64,000 nucleotides of DNA, taken from the NCBI GenBank assembly GCA_003283765.1, contig QBVY01000004.1:16493-80492 (forward strand), in the 5' to 3' direction. Position 1 is the first letter of the stretch. Each line of letters starts with the position of its first letter. Origin of the DNA: SAR86 cluster bacterium AG-313-N18. GTDB lineage: Bacteria > Pseudomonadota > Gammaproteobacteria > Magnimaribacterales > D2472. Positions 47,241 through 56,963 of the stretch are shown here, in pieces. The notes below the pieces were generated by a model. The model was not told the origin of the DNA and did no database searches. It saw only the letters and a program-made list of their open reading frames with translations. The translations under genes and the position numbers were made by a program.

Positions 47241-48314
47241 TTACTTATAATTCTTTTCGACTAGATCCCAGGCCGCTTCAGCAAGAGGAGCCACTTGATT
47301 GCCTCGATCTTCAGCATGCTTACTAGCAGCAGTTCCATCTCTGACTCTGCCCATGATCCCCTGTAATATTCCAGCAAGTTTAAAGATATTAAAAATAGTA
47401 TAAAACTCCCAATGCTCATCAAGGTTTTTGCCAGTAATCTCAGAATACATATTTCTATATTCTTTTTCAGTTGGAATACCATTTTCTTTACAGAATTTTT
47501 CATTGGCTAGATCAGGAATATTTCTCCAGCTAATGCAGTGATAATTGAAGTCAGCAATGGGATGTCCTAATGTTGAAAGCTCCCAATCTAAAACACCCAT
47601 GACATTATTATTTGCATTAAAGACCATGTTATCTAGTCGATAATCTCCATGCACAATTGATGTCTCATCTTCATCAGGAATATTTGATGGTAGCCAATCT
47701 ATTAGCTTATTCATTGCGGGAATATCCTGAGTTTCTGAAGCCATGTATTGTTTGGTCCATCTAGAAACTTGTCTGGCGATGTAATTACCAGGTTTACCAT
47801 AATCAGTTAATCCCACTGATTCAAAATCAACCATATGAAGTTGAGCAATTACATTGTTTTTATTTGCATAAATCTCAAATCTTTCTGTGGGAGATTTTTC
47901 GCTTAATAATAAGTCCCAGTAAATATTACCATCGAGGAAATCCATGACAAAAAAGGGTGTGCCTATGACCTCTTCATCTTCACATAGGCCATAAGTTTTT
48001 GGCACCGGAACCTTGGTTTGTTGCAAAGCTGTCATCACCTTATATTCTCTATCTACGGCATGAGCAGATGGTAATAAGACCCCTGGTGGTTTTCTTCGAA
48101 GGACAAATTGCTGTTTTTCAGTTGTAATTTTATATGTTGGATTTGATTGGCCGCCCTTAAATTGAGCAATTTTTAAAATTTTTCCTGCTGAGGAAATACT
48201 ATCTCCGAACCATTCTTGCAAGCCCAACTCATTAAACTTAAGATTCTCAGCAACTTCCTTGGTTCCTGAAAAAATTACATTACCATCTGGATTATTTGCA
48301 CTAGAATCATTCAT
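47241..48314 (-). CDS. Phosphotransferase (APH/ACAD10-11 kinase-like) family protein
   Basis: 357 aa. F.GGQSNPTY, VLRRKPPG, the Brenner-type HGDYRLDNMVF, and LDWELS(T)LGHP. Confidence 0.75.
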   Translation of the reverse strand: MNDSSANNPDGNVIFSGTKEVAENLKFNELGLQEWFGDSISSAGKILKIAQFKGGQSNPTYKITTEKQQFVLRRKPPGVLLPSAHAVDREYKVMTALQQTKVPVPKTYGLCEDEEVIGTPFFVMDFLDGNIYWDLLLSEKSPTERFEIYANKNNVIAQLHMVDFESVGLTDYGKPGNYIARQVSRWTKQYMASETQDIPAMNKLIDWLPSNIPDEDETSIVHGDYRLDNMVFNANNNVMGVLDWELSTLGHPIADFNYHCISWRNIPDLANEKFCKENGIPTEKEYRNMYSEITGKNLDEHWEFYTIFNIFKLAGILQGIMGRVRDGTAASKHAEDRGNQVAPLAEAAWDLVEKNYK

Positions 48315-49039
48315 TAGAGAGACTTTCCTCCATCTACGTTAAGTATTTGACCAGTCACGTACTCTGCTTCAGATAGATATATTGCAGCATCTACAATATC
48401 TTTTTCAGTTCCCATCCTCTTCATTGGAACCGAATTGATAATGTTATTCTTTTGTTCTGTTGTCCATTCTACATTGGGAGGTTCAAGTATTGCGCCCGGA
48501 GCTATTGCATTAACTCTAATGTTTGGAGCTAATTCTTTTGCTAGAGATTTTGTTAGAGTTTGTAAACCAGACTTTGCAGCAAGATAAATTGAATGACTGA
48601 CCAGAGCTCGATCAACATTAATATCAGTAATGTTAATAATAAAACCTTTGTTCTTTTCTAGCTCTTCATGAAATGCCTGGATTAAAAATAGAGGTGCTTT
48701 TAAGTTACTTCCCATTAGAGCATTCCAACTTTCTTCGGAGAAAGTTCCAATTGGAGTAGGGTAGAAGGTTGAGGCATTATTAATTAATGCATCAAGGCGG
48801 AAATTTTTTGATAGTGTTTTTTCCACCAATTTTGAAACTTCATTTGGATTGTCAAGATGTGCTTGTGCAATCATTGCGCTATTATTTCTTTTAGCATTCA
48901 TTTCATCTGCCAGAGCTTCTGCTTCTCCTTGTGAGCTATTATAGTGGATCACAATATCCCAACCTTTATTAAAAAATGATAAGGCCATCTCTTTGCCTAT
49001 TCTTTTAGCAGCTCCAGTTATTAGAATTGTTTTGTTCAT
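48314..49039 (-). CDS. SDR oxidoreductase, pteridine-reductase-like
   Basis: 241 aa. ILITGAAKRIGKEMA (TGxxxRIG), NNAS and Y...K. The layout resembles FolM/PTR1-type SDRs. Substrate not established. Confidence 0.6.
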   Translation of the reverse strand: MNKTILITGAAKRIGKEMALSFFNKGWDIVIHYNSSQGEAEALADEMNAKRNNSAMIAQAHLDNPNEVSKLVEKTLSKNFRLDALINNASTFYPTPIGTFSEESWNALMGSNLKAPLFLIQAFHEELEKNKGFIINITDINVDRALVSHSIYLAAKSGLQTLTKSLAKELAPNIRVNAIAPGAILEPPNVEWTTEQKNNIINSVPMKRMGTEKDIVDAAIYLSEAEYVTGQILNVDGGKSL

Positions 49040-50052
49040 ATGATTTCTTGTAAGGCTTCATAATAAAGCAATTGTTTTTGATGCGAAACTTCTGAAGCAT
49101 CTGCGTTTGACAATGCTGAGAAGTCTATTGTCATTACCAATTTAAATATTTTCTCCAAGTACTCCCAATGCTCATTTAGAGAGCTATATTTTTTGAAGTG
49201 CATCAATATTTCATAATTACGATGCACGTTTATCTTTTCAACCAATTTCAATTTTTCTGATTTATCTTTGAGGGCAATAAAGTCAATTACTTGTTTTAAA
49301 GACTCTTGTATTTTTAGAAATGAATTTGGAGATGGTAATGATGCGCTGAGCTTAAAGTTATTTATTCTTTGCATATCAGCCCATTTCAATCCGGGCAAAT
49401 CTCCATCACAAGAAATATTCTTTAACCCAACAAACCATGGATCTGTTATGTGGTAATCAATTAAAGCCTTAAAAAATTTATTACTAAACTTACTCTCAAG
49501 AGCTTTGTTAGTTTCCATCCAAACTCTTTCCGGTGAAAGATCTTTCAACTCTTTTGATGTAATAATCTTTTCAAAATAAACTTCTGTTTCCTCGTCAAGA
49601 TTGAAGTCATGGAGTTGCTCATATGCCTTGAATCTTGCAAATCTCAAGACTCGAAGAGGGTCTTCTTCAAAAGCAGGCGAGGTATGTTTAAATATCTTGT
49701 TTTTTAAATCTAACCTTCCTTCAAAAGGATCAATAATATTCCCATGCTCATCTTTGGCTATTGAATTAATTGTGAAATCTCTTCGTTTTAAATCATCTTC
49801 AAGAGTGACACTTGAATCAAAATAAAATTCAAAACCTTTATATCCAACACCAGACTTTCTTTCAGTTCTAGCCAAGGCATATTCTTCATTTGTTTCTGGA
49901 TGTAAAAAAACTGGAAAATCTTTTCCTATTGGTTTAAAACCATTTTTTTCCATTTCTTTTGGACTAGAATTGACTACAACCCAATCACGATCCTTGGGTT
50001 CGACTCCAAGTAACTCGTCTCTAACGGACCCGCCAACTTGAAAAACTTTCAT
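49036..50052 (-). CDS. cca: tRNA nucleotidyltransferase (CCA-adding enzyme), no HD domain
   Basis: 338 aa. VGGSVRDELLG....DRDWVV, FPVFLHPET.EEYALARTERK and DLKRRDFTIN align with the E. coli Cca head and neck. No HPE..TG.H or HD.GK motif follows. Confidence 0.85.
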   Translation of the reverse strand: MKVFQVGGSVRDELLGVEPKDRDWVVVNSSPKEMEKNGFKPIGKDFPVFLHPETNEEYALARTERKSGVGYKGFEFYFDSSVTLEDDLKRRDFTINSIAKDEHGNIIDPFEGRLDLKNKIFKHTSPAFEEDPLRVLRFARFKAYEQLHDFNLDEETEVYFEKIITSKELKDLSPERVWMETNKALESKFSNKFFKALIDYHITDPWFVGLKNISCDGDLPGLKWADMQRINNFKLSASLPSPNSFLKIQESLKQVIDFIALKDKSEKLKLVEKINVHRNYEILMHFKKYSSLNEHWEYLEKIFKLVMTIDFSALSNADASEVSHQKQLLYYEALQEII

Positions 50053-50053
50053 A

Positions 50054-50857
50054 CTAATACTGTACCGAAATTTTTTCTAAATCATCAACCCTGAGGGCTG
50101 TAAGCTTACCCTTCCACACGCAACCAGTATCTAAACCAATAAAGTGGGGATTGTTAGTCTGACCATTCAAAGATGCCCAATGACCAAATACATAATATTG
50201 ATTCATTTTTTGATAGGATTCAGAATCATAGTCAAACCAGGGTTTGAAGCCCTTTATAGCTTTTATACTTGTATTTTCTAAGTCTAGACTTGCAGCATCA
50301 CTTAGAAATCTCATTCTAGTTAAGTAGTTAATAATAACTCGATACCTCTCATTGCCTTCCAATGATTCCCTCCATATTTTTGGGTCATCTCCCCACATAG
50401 TCTTGAGTATTTTAGATGCATTTGAAGTCAACGCCATTGAAACCTCTTGTGCTAATTCCGATGCTTTTTTTATAGACCAAATTTCTGGAATGCCTGCATG
50501 AGTAATAATAAATTTATTTTTATTAGATTGATCAGAGATTTGAATGAGTAGGGGGCGCGTGATGAGCCATTCAAAAATCTGCATATTATTTTTTGCTTCA
50601 ACCACTGTTTTTAAATCACCCTTTCCTTTATTAATATTCAGCAAGTAAAGTAAATAAAGATCATGATTACCTAATACAGAGGTAATATTCTTATTTGCTA
50701 TACAGTAATTCAAGACAGCAAGAGATTCCGGGCCTCTATTTACCAAATCTCCGGTTAGAATAATTTTATCTACTTTGCTGTCATATTCAATTTTATCTAA
50801 CAAGCGAATAAACTGATCAAAACAACCATGAACATCACCAATTACATATGTACTCAT
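50054..50857 (-). CDS. apaH: Bis(5'-nucleosyl)-tetraphosphatase, symmetrical
   Basis: 267 aa. YVIGDVHGCF, GDLVNRGP and GNHD metallophosphatase motifs. It lies downstream of rsmA. Confidence 0.9.
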   Translation of the reverse strand: MSTYVIGDVHGCFDQFIRLLDKIEYDSKVDKIILTGDLVNRGPESLAVLNYCIANKNITSVLGNHDLYLLYLLNINKGKGDLKTVVEAKNNMQIFEWLITRPLLIQISDQSNKNKFIITHAGIPEIWSIKKASELAQEVSMALTSNASKILKTMWGDDPKIWRESLEGNERYRVIINYLTRMRFLSDAASLDLENTSIKAIKGFKPWFDYDSESYQKMNQYYVFGHWASLNGQTNNPHFIGLDTGCVWKGKLTALRVDDLEKISVQY

Positions 50858-51625
50858 CTATATATCTATGGTTTGAAAAACTGAAATAAAATCTTCAATA
50901 GATAATTCTTCTGCTCTTGCCAGCGGATTTATATTTAATTTTTGAAAATCGATTTCTAATTTTTTAAGATTATTTTTAATTCCTTTTCTTCTATTGGCAA
51001 AAGATTGGTCAACTAAATTAGAAAACCCTGAGAATTCATTTAAAGCAATCATTGGAGTAGCTCGAGGGTTGAGCCTGATAAATGAAGATTGAACTTTAGG
51101 TTTAATATCAAAAGACTCAGGAGGAACATCAAATAAAATAGCGGTCTCAAATAGCGCAGCAATTTTTACTCCAAGCCTACCCCAATCGCCCGATTTATTT
51201 GAAGCACAGATCCTATTTGCGACTTCCTTTTGGACTAAAAAATGCATATCTTCGATTCCATTCATATAATTTATTAACTTTATAATTATTTGTGTAGAAA
51301 TATTGTATGGAAGATTCCCCACGACTCTATGTTTGGTTTTGAGTAAAAAGTCTAGGGACTCTTTAAGTACGTCACCATGAATAAACTCGTGCTCAGCTTT
51401 TGGGAATCTTTCTGAGAGGGCATTTATATTTTTTTGATCAAGATCCATGGCTATCACTTTTCTGTTGTGACCCATCAAATGATTGGTTAGAGCTCCTGTT
51501 CCGGGGCCAATCTCGAAAAAAAGATTATTTTTTTGAGGACTGATTGCTCTCTCTATTTCAAATAAAATAACTGGATCAATAAGATAGTTTTGACCTAACT
51601 TTCGTCTGTGTGTTCTATCACTCAT
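50858..51625 (-). CDS. rsmA: 16S rRNA (adenine1518/1519-N6)-dimethyltransferase
   Basis: 255 aa. LGQNYL.D, EIGPGTGALT and GNLPYNIST motifs. Confidence 0.95.
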   Translation of the reverse strand: MSDRTHRRKLGQNYLIDPVILFEIERAISPQKNNLFFEIGPGTGALTNHLMGHNRKVIAMDLDQKNINALSERFPKAEHEFIHGDVLKESLDFLLKTKHRVVGNLPYNISTQIIIKLINYMNGIEDMHFLVQKEVANRICASNKSGDWGRLGVKIAALFETAILFDVPPESFDIKPKVQSSFIRLNPRATPMIALNEFSGFSNLVDQSFANRRKGIKNNLKKLEIDFQKLNINPLARAEELSIEDFISVFQTIDI

Positions 51626-52608
51626 TAAAGCTGAATTTCTGCTAATTTAATTGCTTCTTTAATTGATCCAAGATTTGGTTTCATTTTTCCAGCAATATCT
51701 AATGCTGTTCCGTGATCTACAGATGTTCTAACAATTGATGTGCCTAGTGTAATATTTACAGCCTCACCAAAACTAAGGGCCTTTAAAACTGGGAGGGCCT
51801 GATCATGATACATTGCAAGGTATGCATCAGTTTGCTCTAATTTTTCAGCATTAAAAGCTGTATCAGCTGAAATTGCATATGATGCATTTATACCAATGTC
51901 TCTACAAATTTGAACTGCTGGATTAATGATTTTGATCTCTTCTGGACCTATTTTTCCATCTTCACCTGCATGAGGATTTAATCCTAGGACAGTTATTACG
52001 GGATTCCTAATTTTAAATTTTGTTTTTAAGCCCGAATGTAAGATTTTGATTATCTCAACTAATTTTGATTTCTGAATATTTTTTGGAACTTCTGCAAATG
52101 GAATATGTGTTGTCGCAAGTGCAACTTTAATTTTTTTTGAAGAGAGAAGCATGACCACATGATTAGACTTCGTTTTCTTTTTGATCCACTCGGTATGACC
52201 TTGAAAACTTTTAAATCCACCATCAATAATATTACTTTTTTGAATTGGCCCAGTGACCAAGCCAACTTTTTTATTTTTTAGGCTTTGTGCTATTCCAAAA
52301 TTGAGATTATCCAGAACATATTTTGAATTTTTTGGGTTTAGAGTTCCGGGTGATAAATCTTTGCATTTACTAGCTTGCATAAATTGAACTTTACCTAATA
52401 TATTTTTTTTCGCATCTTTCAAGCTTTTAATTTCGATAAAATTGATATTTAGGTTAAGAATCCTTGACCTTGATTGTAATAAATCTATGTCAACAATACA
52501 GACAAGAGAGGATTTCATATCTTGCCAAAATTTTGATTTTGATAGATAAAGAATTAAATCAATACCTATTCCTGCCGGCTCACCATGAGAGTAAAGGAGT
52601 CGCTTCAA
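51625..52608 (-). CDS. pdxA: 4-hydroxythreonine-4-phosphate dehydrogenase
   Basis: 327 aa. GEPAGIGIDL, GHTE, GLNPHAGE and TSVDHGTA motifs. Confidence 0.95.
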   Translation of the reverse strand: MKRLLYSHGEPAGIGIDLILYLSKSKFWQDMKSSLVCIVDIDLLQSRSRILNLNINFIEIKSLKDAKKNILGKVQFMQASKCKDLSPGTLNPKNSKYVLDNLNFGIAQSLKNKKVGLVTGPIQKSNIIDGGFKSFQGHTEWIKKKTKSNHVVMLLSSKKIKVALATTHIPFAEVPKNIQKSKLVEIIKILHSGLKTKFKIRNPVITVLGLNPHAGEDGKIGPEEIKIINPAVQICRDIGINASYAISADTAFNAEKLEQTDAYLAMYHDQALPVLKALSFGEAVNITLGTSIVRTSVDHGTALDIAGKMKPNLGSIKEAIKLAEIQL

Positions 52609-53849
52609 TCTAGTTCTTTAAATTCTATAAATGCTTCAGCTCTGGTAGTTCGAAGAGAGTTTTCCAGTTCCTCATCAAATTTTCTAGCAAACAAAATACC
52701 ATAGGCCCTGTCTTTAATAACTTCTTCAGTTAAGTCCTCCGTTCTAGTCTCGAGCACCTGAAGAAAATGAAAGCCAAATTCAGATTCAAAAACAGGAGAG
52801 ATTTCATTAACTGGGGATTCAAGCATCATTTTTTCAAAAGCTGGGGCAGTTTTACCCAGGCTGAGCCAATCCAAATCACCACCTCGGCTAGCTGAACCAG
52901 GATCTTCAGAATATTCCTTAGCTAACAAACTAAAATCCTCTCCATCTAACACTTTTGCTCTAACTTCTTCTAATTCTTTTTTTGTGAAAGTTTCATCTCT
53001 TAGTTTTGTTGTCATCATTAGTATATGACGGACATTCCATTGATCCTCAAAACGGACAAGATCTCCTCGTTTATCTTCAAGTTTTAATATGTAATATCCT
53101 GAGCCACCCTTTAAAGGAGGAGAGATATATCCTTTTTTCTTATTTTTCAAAGCATCCGCAAATAGACTTGGCAGATCGGCAAGATTTCTCCAGCCCATTT
53201 CACCGCCAGATGAGGCATTGCTGCTCGTTGAGTTTTCTTTTGCTAGATTTGCAAAATCTTCACCATTATTTATGTCCATCAGCAATGAGTCGGCTTTATT
53301 TTGATCTGAAACAAGAATTTGACGCACAAATAATTCAGGAGATAACTCTTTCACAGCTCCTTCAGTAGCTAAAAAGCCATCTAGTTCTTGCTCAGTGATA
53401 TCTACCTCTCTTCCCACTCTGCCTCTTTGAACCCTCTGTATAATCATCTCTTTTCTGACTTGTGATCTAAGTTCCTCATAAGATTCACCCTCTGCTTCGA
53501 GCGTTTCTATGAAACTCTCAAGGGACAATCCATTGCTTTGTGCAATATTTTCAAAAGCTTGATTTAATTCTCCATCACCAACTCTAATTCCAGCCTGTCT
53601 TCCCATTTGTAATTGCAGTTCCTCGATAATTAGCCGCTCTTGAACTTGTTCTAACATCATCTCTGGAGGAGGCATTGGAGCTCCTTGCTCTTGGTATCTT
53701 TTTTTAATATTTTCAAGCATGTTATTAACTTGTGATTCGAGTACAACACCTTCTCCCACAATAATTGCCACTCTATCCAAAATTTCAATCTTTGCGCTTA
53801 ACGGAAGAGCAAGCAAGATCGATAAGGCAATGTATGTATTTTTTCTCAT
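52605..53849 (-). CDS. surA: Periplasmic chaperone / peptidyl-prolyl isomerase SurA
   Basis: 414 aa. Signal peptide, DRVAIIVGEGVVLESQV N-domain, and two parvulin-like regions (GGEMGW, GGDLDW). It lies between lptD and pdxA. Confidence 0.9.
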   Translation of the reverse strand: MRKNTYIALSILLALPLSAKIEILDRVAIIVGEGVVLESQVNNMLENIKKRYQEQGAPMPPPEMMLEQVQERLIIEELQLQMGRQAGIRVGDGELNQAFENIAQSNGLSLESFIETLEAEGESYEELRSQVRKEMIIQRVQRGRVGREVDITEQELDGFLATEGAVKELSPELFVRQILVSDQNKADSLLMDINNGEDFANLAKENSTSSNASSGGEMGWRNLADLPSLFADALKNKKKGYISPPLKGGSGYYILKLEDKRGDLVRFEDQWNVRHILMMTTKLRDETFTKKELEEVRAKVLDGEDFSLLAKEYSEDPGSASRGGDLDWLSLGKTAPAFEKMMLESPVNEISPVFESEFGFHFLQVLETRTEDLTEEVIKDRAYGILFARKFDEELENSLRTTRAEAFIEFKELD

Positions 53850-53930
53850 AATGATTATTGTACTTAATTAAATGTATGCAGAGGCATTGAACAGAAAGAA
53901 TATTTTCTACTAGCTAAGACACTTTATTTC

Positions 53931-56255
53931 TCAAAGGTTCGAAAACGCATTGGAGAAAAACCGATTCATTCTTTTATTTCCTCCTGTCAGACCCTTTAGC
54001 TCAAACTCAAAATTTATTCTACTTTTGTTTTCGATAGAAATCATTTTATCCCAACTTGCATTATTAAATTGCATAGAATTAAAATTAAGAAGATTATACT
54101 TAGACAATCTTTTGTCTGATGCATAGAATTTAAAAGCCAGACAGCAGTTTTCATATCCAAAACCAAAATAACTCTCTAAATTTTTCTTTGAATCCAAATC
54201 TTTGCTTATTCCGCCAATGAATTTATAGCCTCCTAACAACAACCGTTCAATAGTAAATTCTGCATAGTCTAATTCATTTGTAGTATTCAAAAGAGGGATA
54301 TTGCTTTGAAAATTTCTTGAGAATGTGAAGCGTGTTTCCTGAAGCTGAATGTCTAATCCTGTTTGACCAAAATTAAGTGTATTTCTTTTTTGGGAGTAGT
54401 TAGCTGCAACAAAGGCTCGAAGAATCTGATTTTCAAATGACAGATACGTGCCAATTTGGTTATCTTTTCCAATAGGCTTGTCCAACATTGAATTGATGAT
54501 CTGACTTTCTTCTAATTCATTTTTTTTGATTATCTGAAAATTTAATGCTGAATTGCTTTTTATTCTTTTTTTCCACTTCAAACTTGCAAGTAAAAACTCT
54601 GTATCAGGCACTCTATCTTTACCAAAAAAATACTTTGTACTAAGCCCATTAAAGTTTCCAAGGTTACGTTGGTGCAAGTCAAAAATAGGATCAGTGGATT
54701 GATCTTTATAATCTGTTTTTTGATACGCAAACTCGGGGATCAACAACGAAAGGCTATCCCTAGATGAGCTTCTAAATAAAGATGCAATTTTAATTTTTAT
54801 TGAAGGTATTGAAGTAGATTGCGTATTTATTTTTTTATCATCAAGGTTATATTTTTTATGCAAAAATAATCCATCTATTGATACGTCAAAATGCCTAAAA
54901 CTGCGAAGAGCTTCTGCTCCAATTTCAGTGATAAACCTTTTTCCAGTCTGATGGATTTCCCTATTATTAAAAAGTAAATGCTCATTTTTGTTTATATCAA
55001 AGTTTGCATAATTCACCCTGGTAAAATATGAAACTGAAGATCCATATTTCTTATACTCAAGATTTAACTCGGGCATTTTAATATGCGCATTATTTATAAA
55101 TGGATTCAAGCTTTGAAAGCCTTCTCTCATCATGCTGAGTGAAAAGTTATTAACCTGCATGCCCATTGATACAGACTGTGTCAGATAATGATCTCTTTGA
55201 TTAGCTATGTTTGTTAGGCTGGAGGGCATATCAAGCAACACCATTGAGTCAGATGATTTGGCCCAATCAATGGAAGTTTGAAATTTGGCAAAACTCCTAT
55301 TTTCTTTTATACGAAATGCCCATCTTTTATTGTCATCTCGATCATGATCTTTTTTGAATTCTTTATCTTTTGGGAAAAATAGCAGATCAAAATAATTTTC
55401 AGTATCTGAATCTGATTTAGTTAAGTACCTAAAATTTCCTTCAAAACCTATGCCTCTATCTTTTAGTGCCCTTGGAGCTATCGTAAGATCAGATTTACTA
55501 GAAAGCACCCAGAAGTAAGGTAAAAAAAGATCAATCCCATCAGATGTAAAGCTTAAATCAGGCTCCAAGAAACCACCTAATCTATTGGTTGTGGCTGGGA
55601 AGGGTAAATAAGGAAGTTTTAAAATTGTTCTATCAAGAACTTTAAGACTAAGATCTTCAATGTGACCACGCTCTGTCTCTTCATTTATATTGATAGACTT
55701 TGCCTTGATCTCCCAGCCCTTTGAGACATTAATGCAAGAGCTAAGACTGGCATTTTGAAATCTAAGATTTTGTCCCAAATTACCAATCAAAGACTGATAG
55801 TTAACTAATAAATTTCTTTCTCTTAGGTAGGCTGAACCATTTTGAAGCTTTAATTTCCCAGAATCTTTTGCTAAAGAGCCACTTAAAAATTTAAAATAAT
55901 TATCAGAGTGATAGATATCCCCATTCTTAATATCTTCAACAAAGTTCTGATTTTGAAGATAAGTTGCACTAGAGGCTTGAAGTTGCCCATCATTTAAAGA
56001 AATCAATACATTATCATTAAGCGAAATATCTCCGTTTGATTGAATATCTATTCTCCCAGCATCAATAGAATCAGACTTATACCTATTAATTATTTTTGGA
56101 TAATTTGAATTAGCGCAACCTAGAAATTGTTGCGGCGTTATTAAGTTTGATTGATCAAGAGAGGCTGCGCTAGCTTGAAGCGCAGTAAAAGAAACCAAGA
56201 GAAATACAAAAAAATTCTTTGTAGAGTTATATTTTAGTCCTTTAAATTTCAACAA
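53931..56255 (-). CDS. lptD: LPS-assembly outer-membrane protein LptD
   Basis: 774 aa. Signal peptide, N-terminal OstA-like region, and a long beta-rich C-terminus ending in an aromatic-rich segment. It lies upstream of surA. Confidence 0.9.
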   Translation of the reverse strand: MLKFKGLKYNSTKNFFVFLLVSFTALQASAASLDQSNLITPQQFLGCANSNYPKIINRYKSDSIDAGRIDIQSNGDISLNDNVLISLNDGQLQASSATYLQNQNFVEDIKNGDIYHSDNYFKFLSGSLAKDSGKLKLQNGSAYLRERNLLVNYQSLIGNLGQNLRFQNASLSSCINVSKGWEIKAKSININEETERGHIEDLSLKVLDRTILKLPYLPFPATTNRLGGFLEPDLSFTSDGIDLFLPYFWVLSSKSDLTIAPRALKDRGIGFEGNFRYLTKSDSDTENYFDLLFFPKDKEFKKDHDRDDNKRWAFRIKENRSFAKFQTSIDWAKSSDSMVLLDMPSSLTNIANQRDHYLTQSVSMGMQVNNFSLSMMREGFQSLNPFINNAHIKMPELNLEYKKYGSSVSYFTRVNYANFDINKNEHLLFNNREIHQTGKRFITEIGAEALRSFRHFDVSIDGLFLHKKYNLDDKKINTQSTSIPSIKIKIASLFRSSSRDSLSLLIPEFAYQKTDYKDQSTDPIFDLHQRNLGNFNGLSTKYFFGKDRVPDTEFLLASLKWKKRIKSNSALNFQIIKKNELEESQIINSMLDKPIGKDNQIGTYLSFENQILRAFVAANYSQKRNTLNFGQTGLDIQLQETRFTFSRNFQSNIPLLNTTNELDYAEFTIERLLLGGYKFIGGISKDLDSKKNLESYFGFGYENCCLAFKFYASDKRLSKYNLLNFNSMQFNNASWDKMISIENKSRINFEFELKGLTGGNKRMNRFFSNAFSNL

Positions 56256-56263
56256 TTAACTAT

Positions 56264-56860
56264 TCAGGAAGCCATTTCTTTGAGTTCTCTCAATGTGTCT
56301 TTTCCATAAAACATCTCATCTTCCACAAAAAATGTTGGAATGCCAAAAGCTCCTTTTTCAACAGCTTGACTAGTATTAGCAATTAACTCCTTTTTGATCT
56401 CATCTTTTGCAATGCCCTCAATGACAAGATCAGCATTGCAATCATATTCCATTAACAGGGCATGAAGAGCCTCAGGGGTGTCAAGTTTAAGAGATTGCTC
56501 CCAAAGTCCGCTTAAAATGATTTCAACATACGAATCAAAAAAATCATTTTTCTGCGCAACAATTGCGCCTCTAATAAGAGAAATAGTATTCACAGGAAAA
56601 TGCTCATTCATTTTAAATTTTGTGATGCCATGTTCCTTCATAAATCTATTGAAAGCAGTATCAAACTCATATTTCATTTTATTGGGAATTTCAGCCAGAG
56701 TGACCATTGGTGGCTGATTGTTTGACAACTTCATAATGCCTCCAAGAAGGCAGGGCACATAGCTAAATTTTATGTCACAGGTCTTTTCAAGATTTTGAAT
56801 TGCTTTATGACATAGGTAGGCATTTGGACTTGCAAAGTCAAAAATAAAATCTACATTCAT
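56264..56860 (-). CDS. 2-hydroxychromene-2-carboxylate isomerase / DsbA-like thioredoxin-fold protein
   Basis: MNVDFIFDFASPNAY N-terminus and C-terminal GAFGIPTFFV..EMFYG.D are typical of the HCCA-isomerase family. I prefer ATG 56860 over the track's GTG at 56872. Confidence 0.7.
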   Translation of the reverse strand: MNVDFIFDFASPNAYLCHKAIQNLEKTCDIKFSYVPCLLGGIMKLSNNQPPMVTLAEIPNKMKYEFDTAFNRFMKEHGITKFKMNEHFPVNTISLIRGAIVAQKNDFFDSYVEIILSGLWEQSLKLDTPEALHALLMEYDCNADLVIEGIAKDEIKKELIANTSQAVEKGAFGIPTFFVEDEMFYGKDTLRELKEMAS

Positions 56861-56963
56861 GGTCGTCCTCACTTCTAAAGCTTATAATAATCCCTTAACT
56901 TGCATCAACCAGTTTAAAAATGCAACATCAAGCAATAATTACTATAAAAGTTGGAGACATAAA

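Noticed and set aside
56900-56925. TTGCAT-N14-ATGCAA inverted repeat in the divergent region between the HCCA-isomerase-like gene and the SDR-amgK-murU genes
   Set aside because: The 6-bp AT-rich arms with a long spacer are well within chance expectation for this composition.
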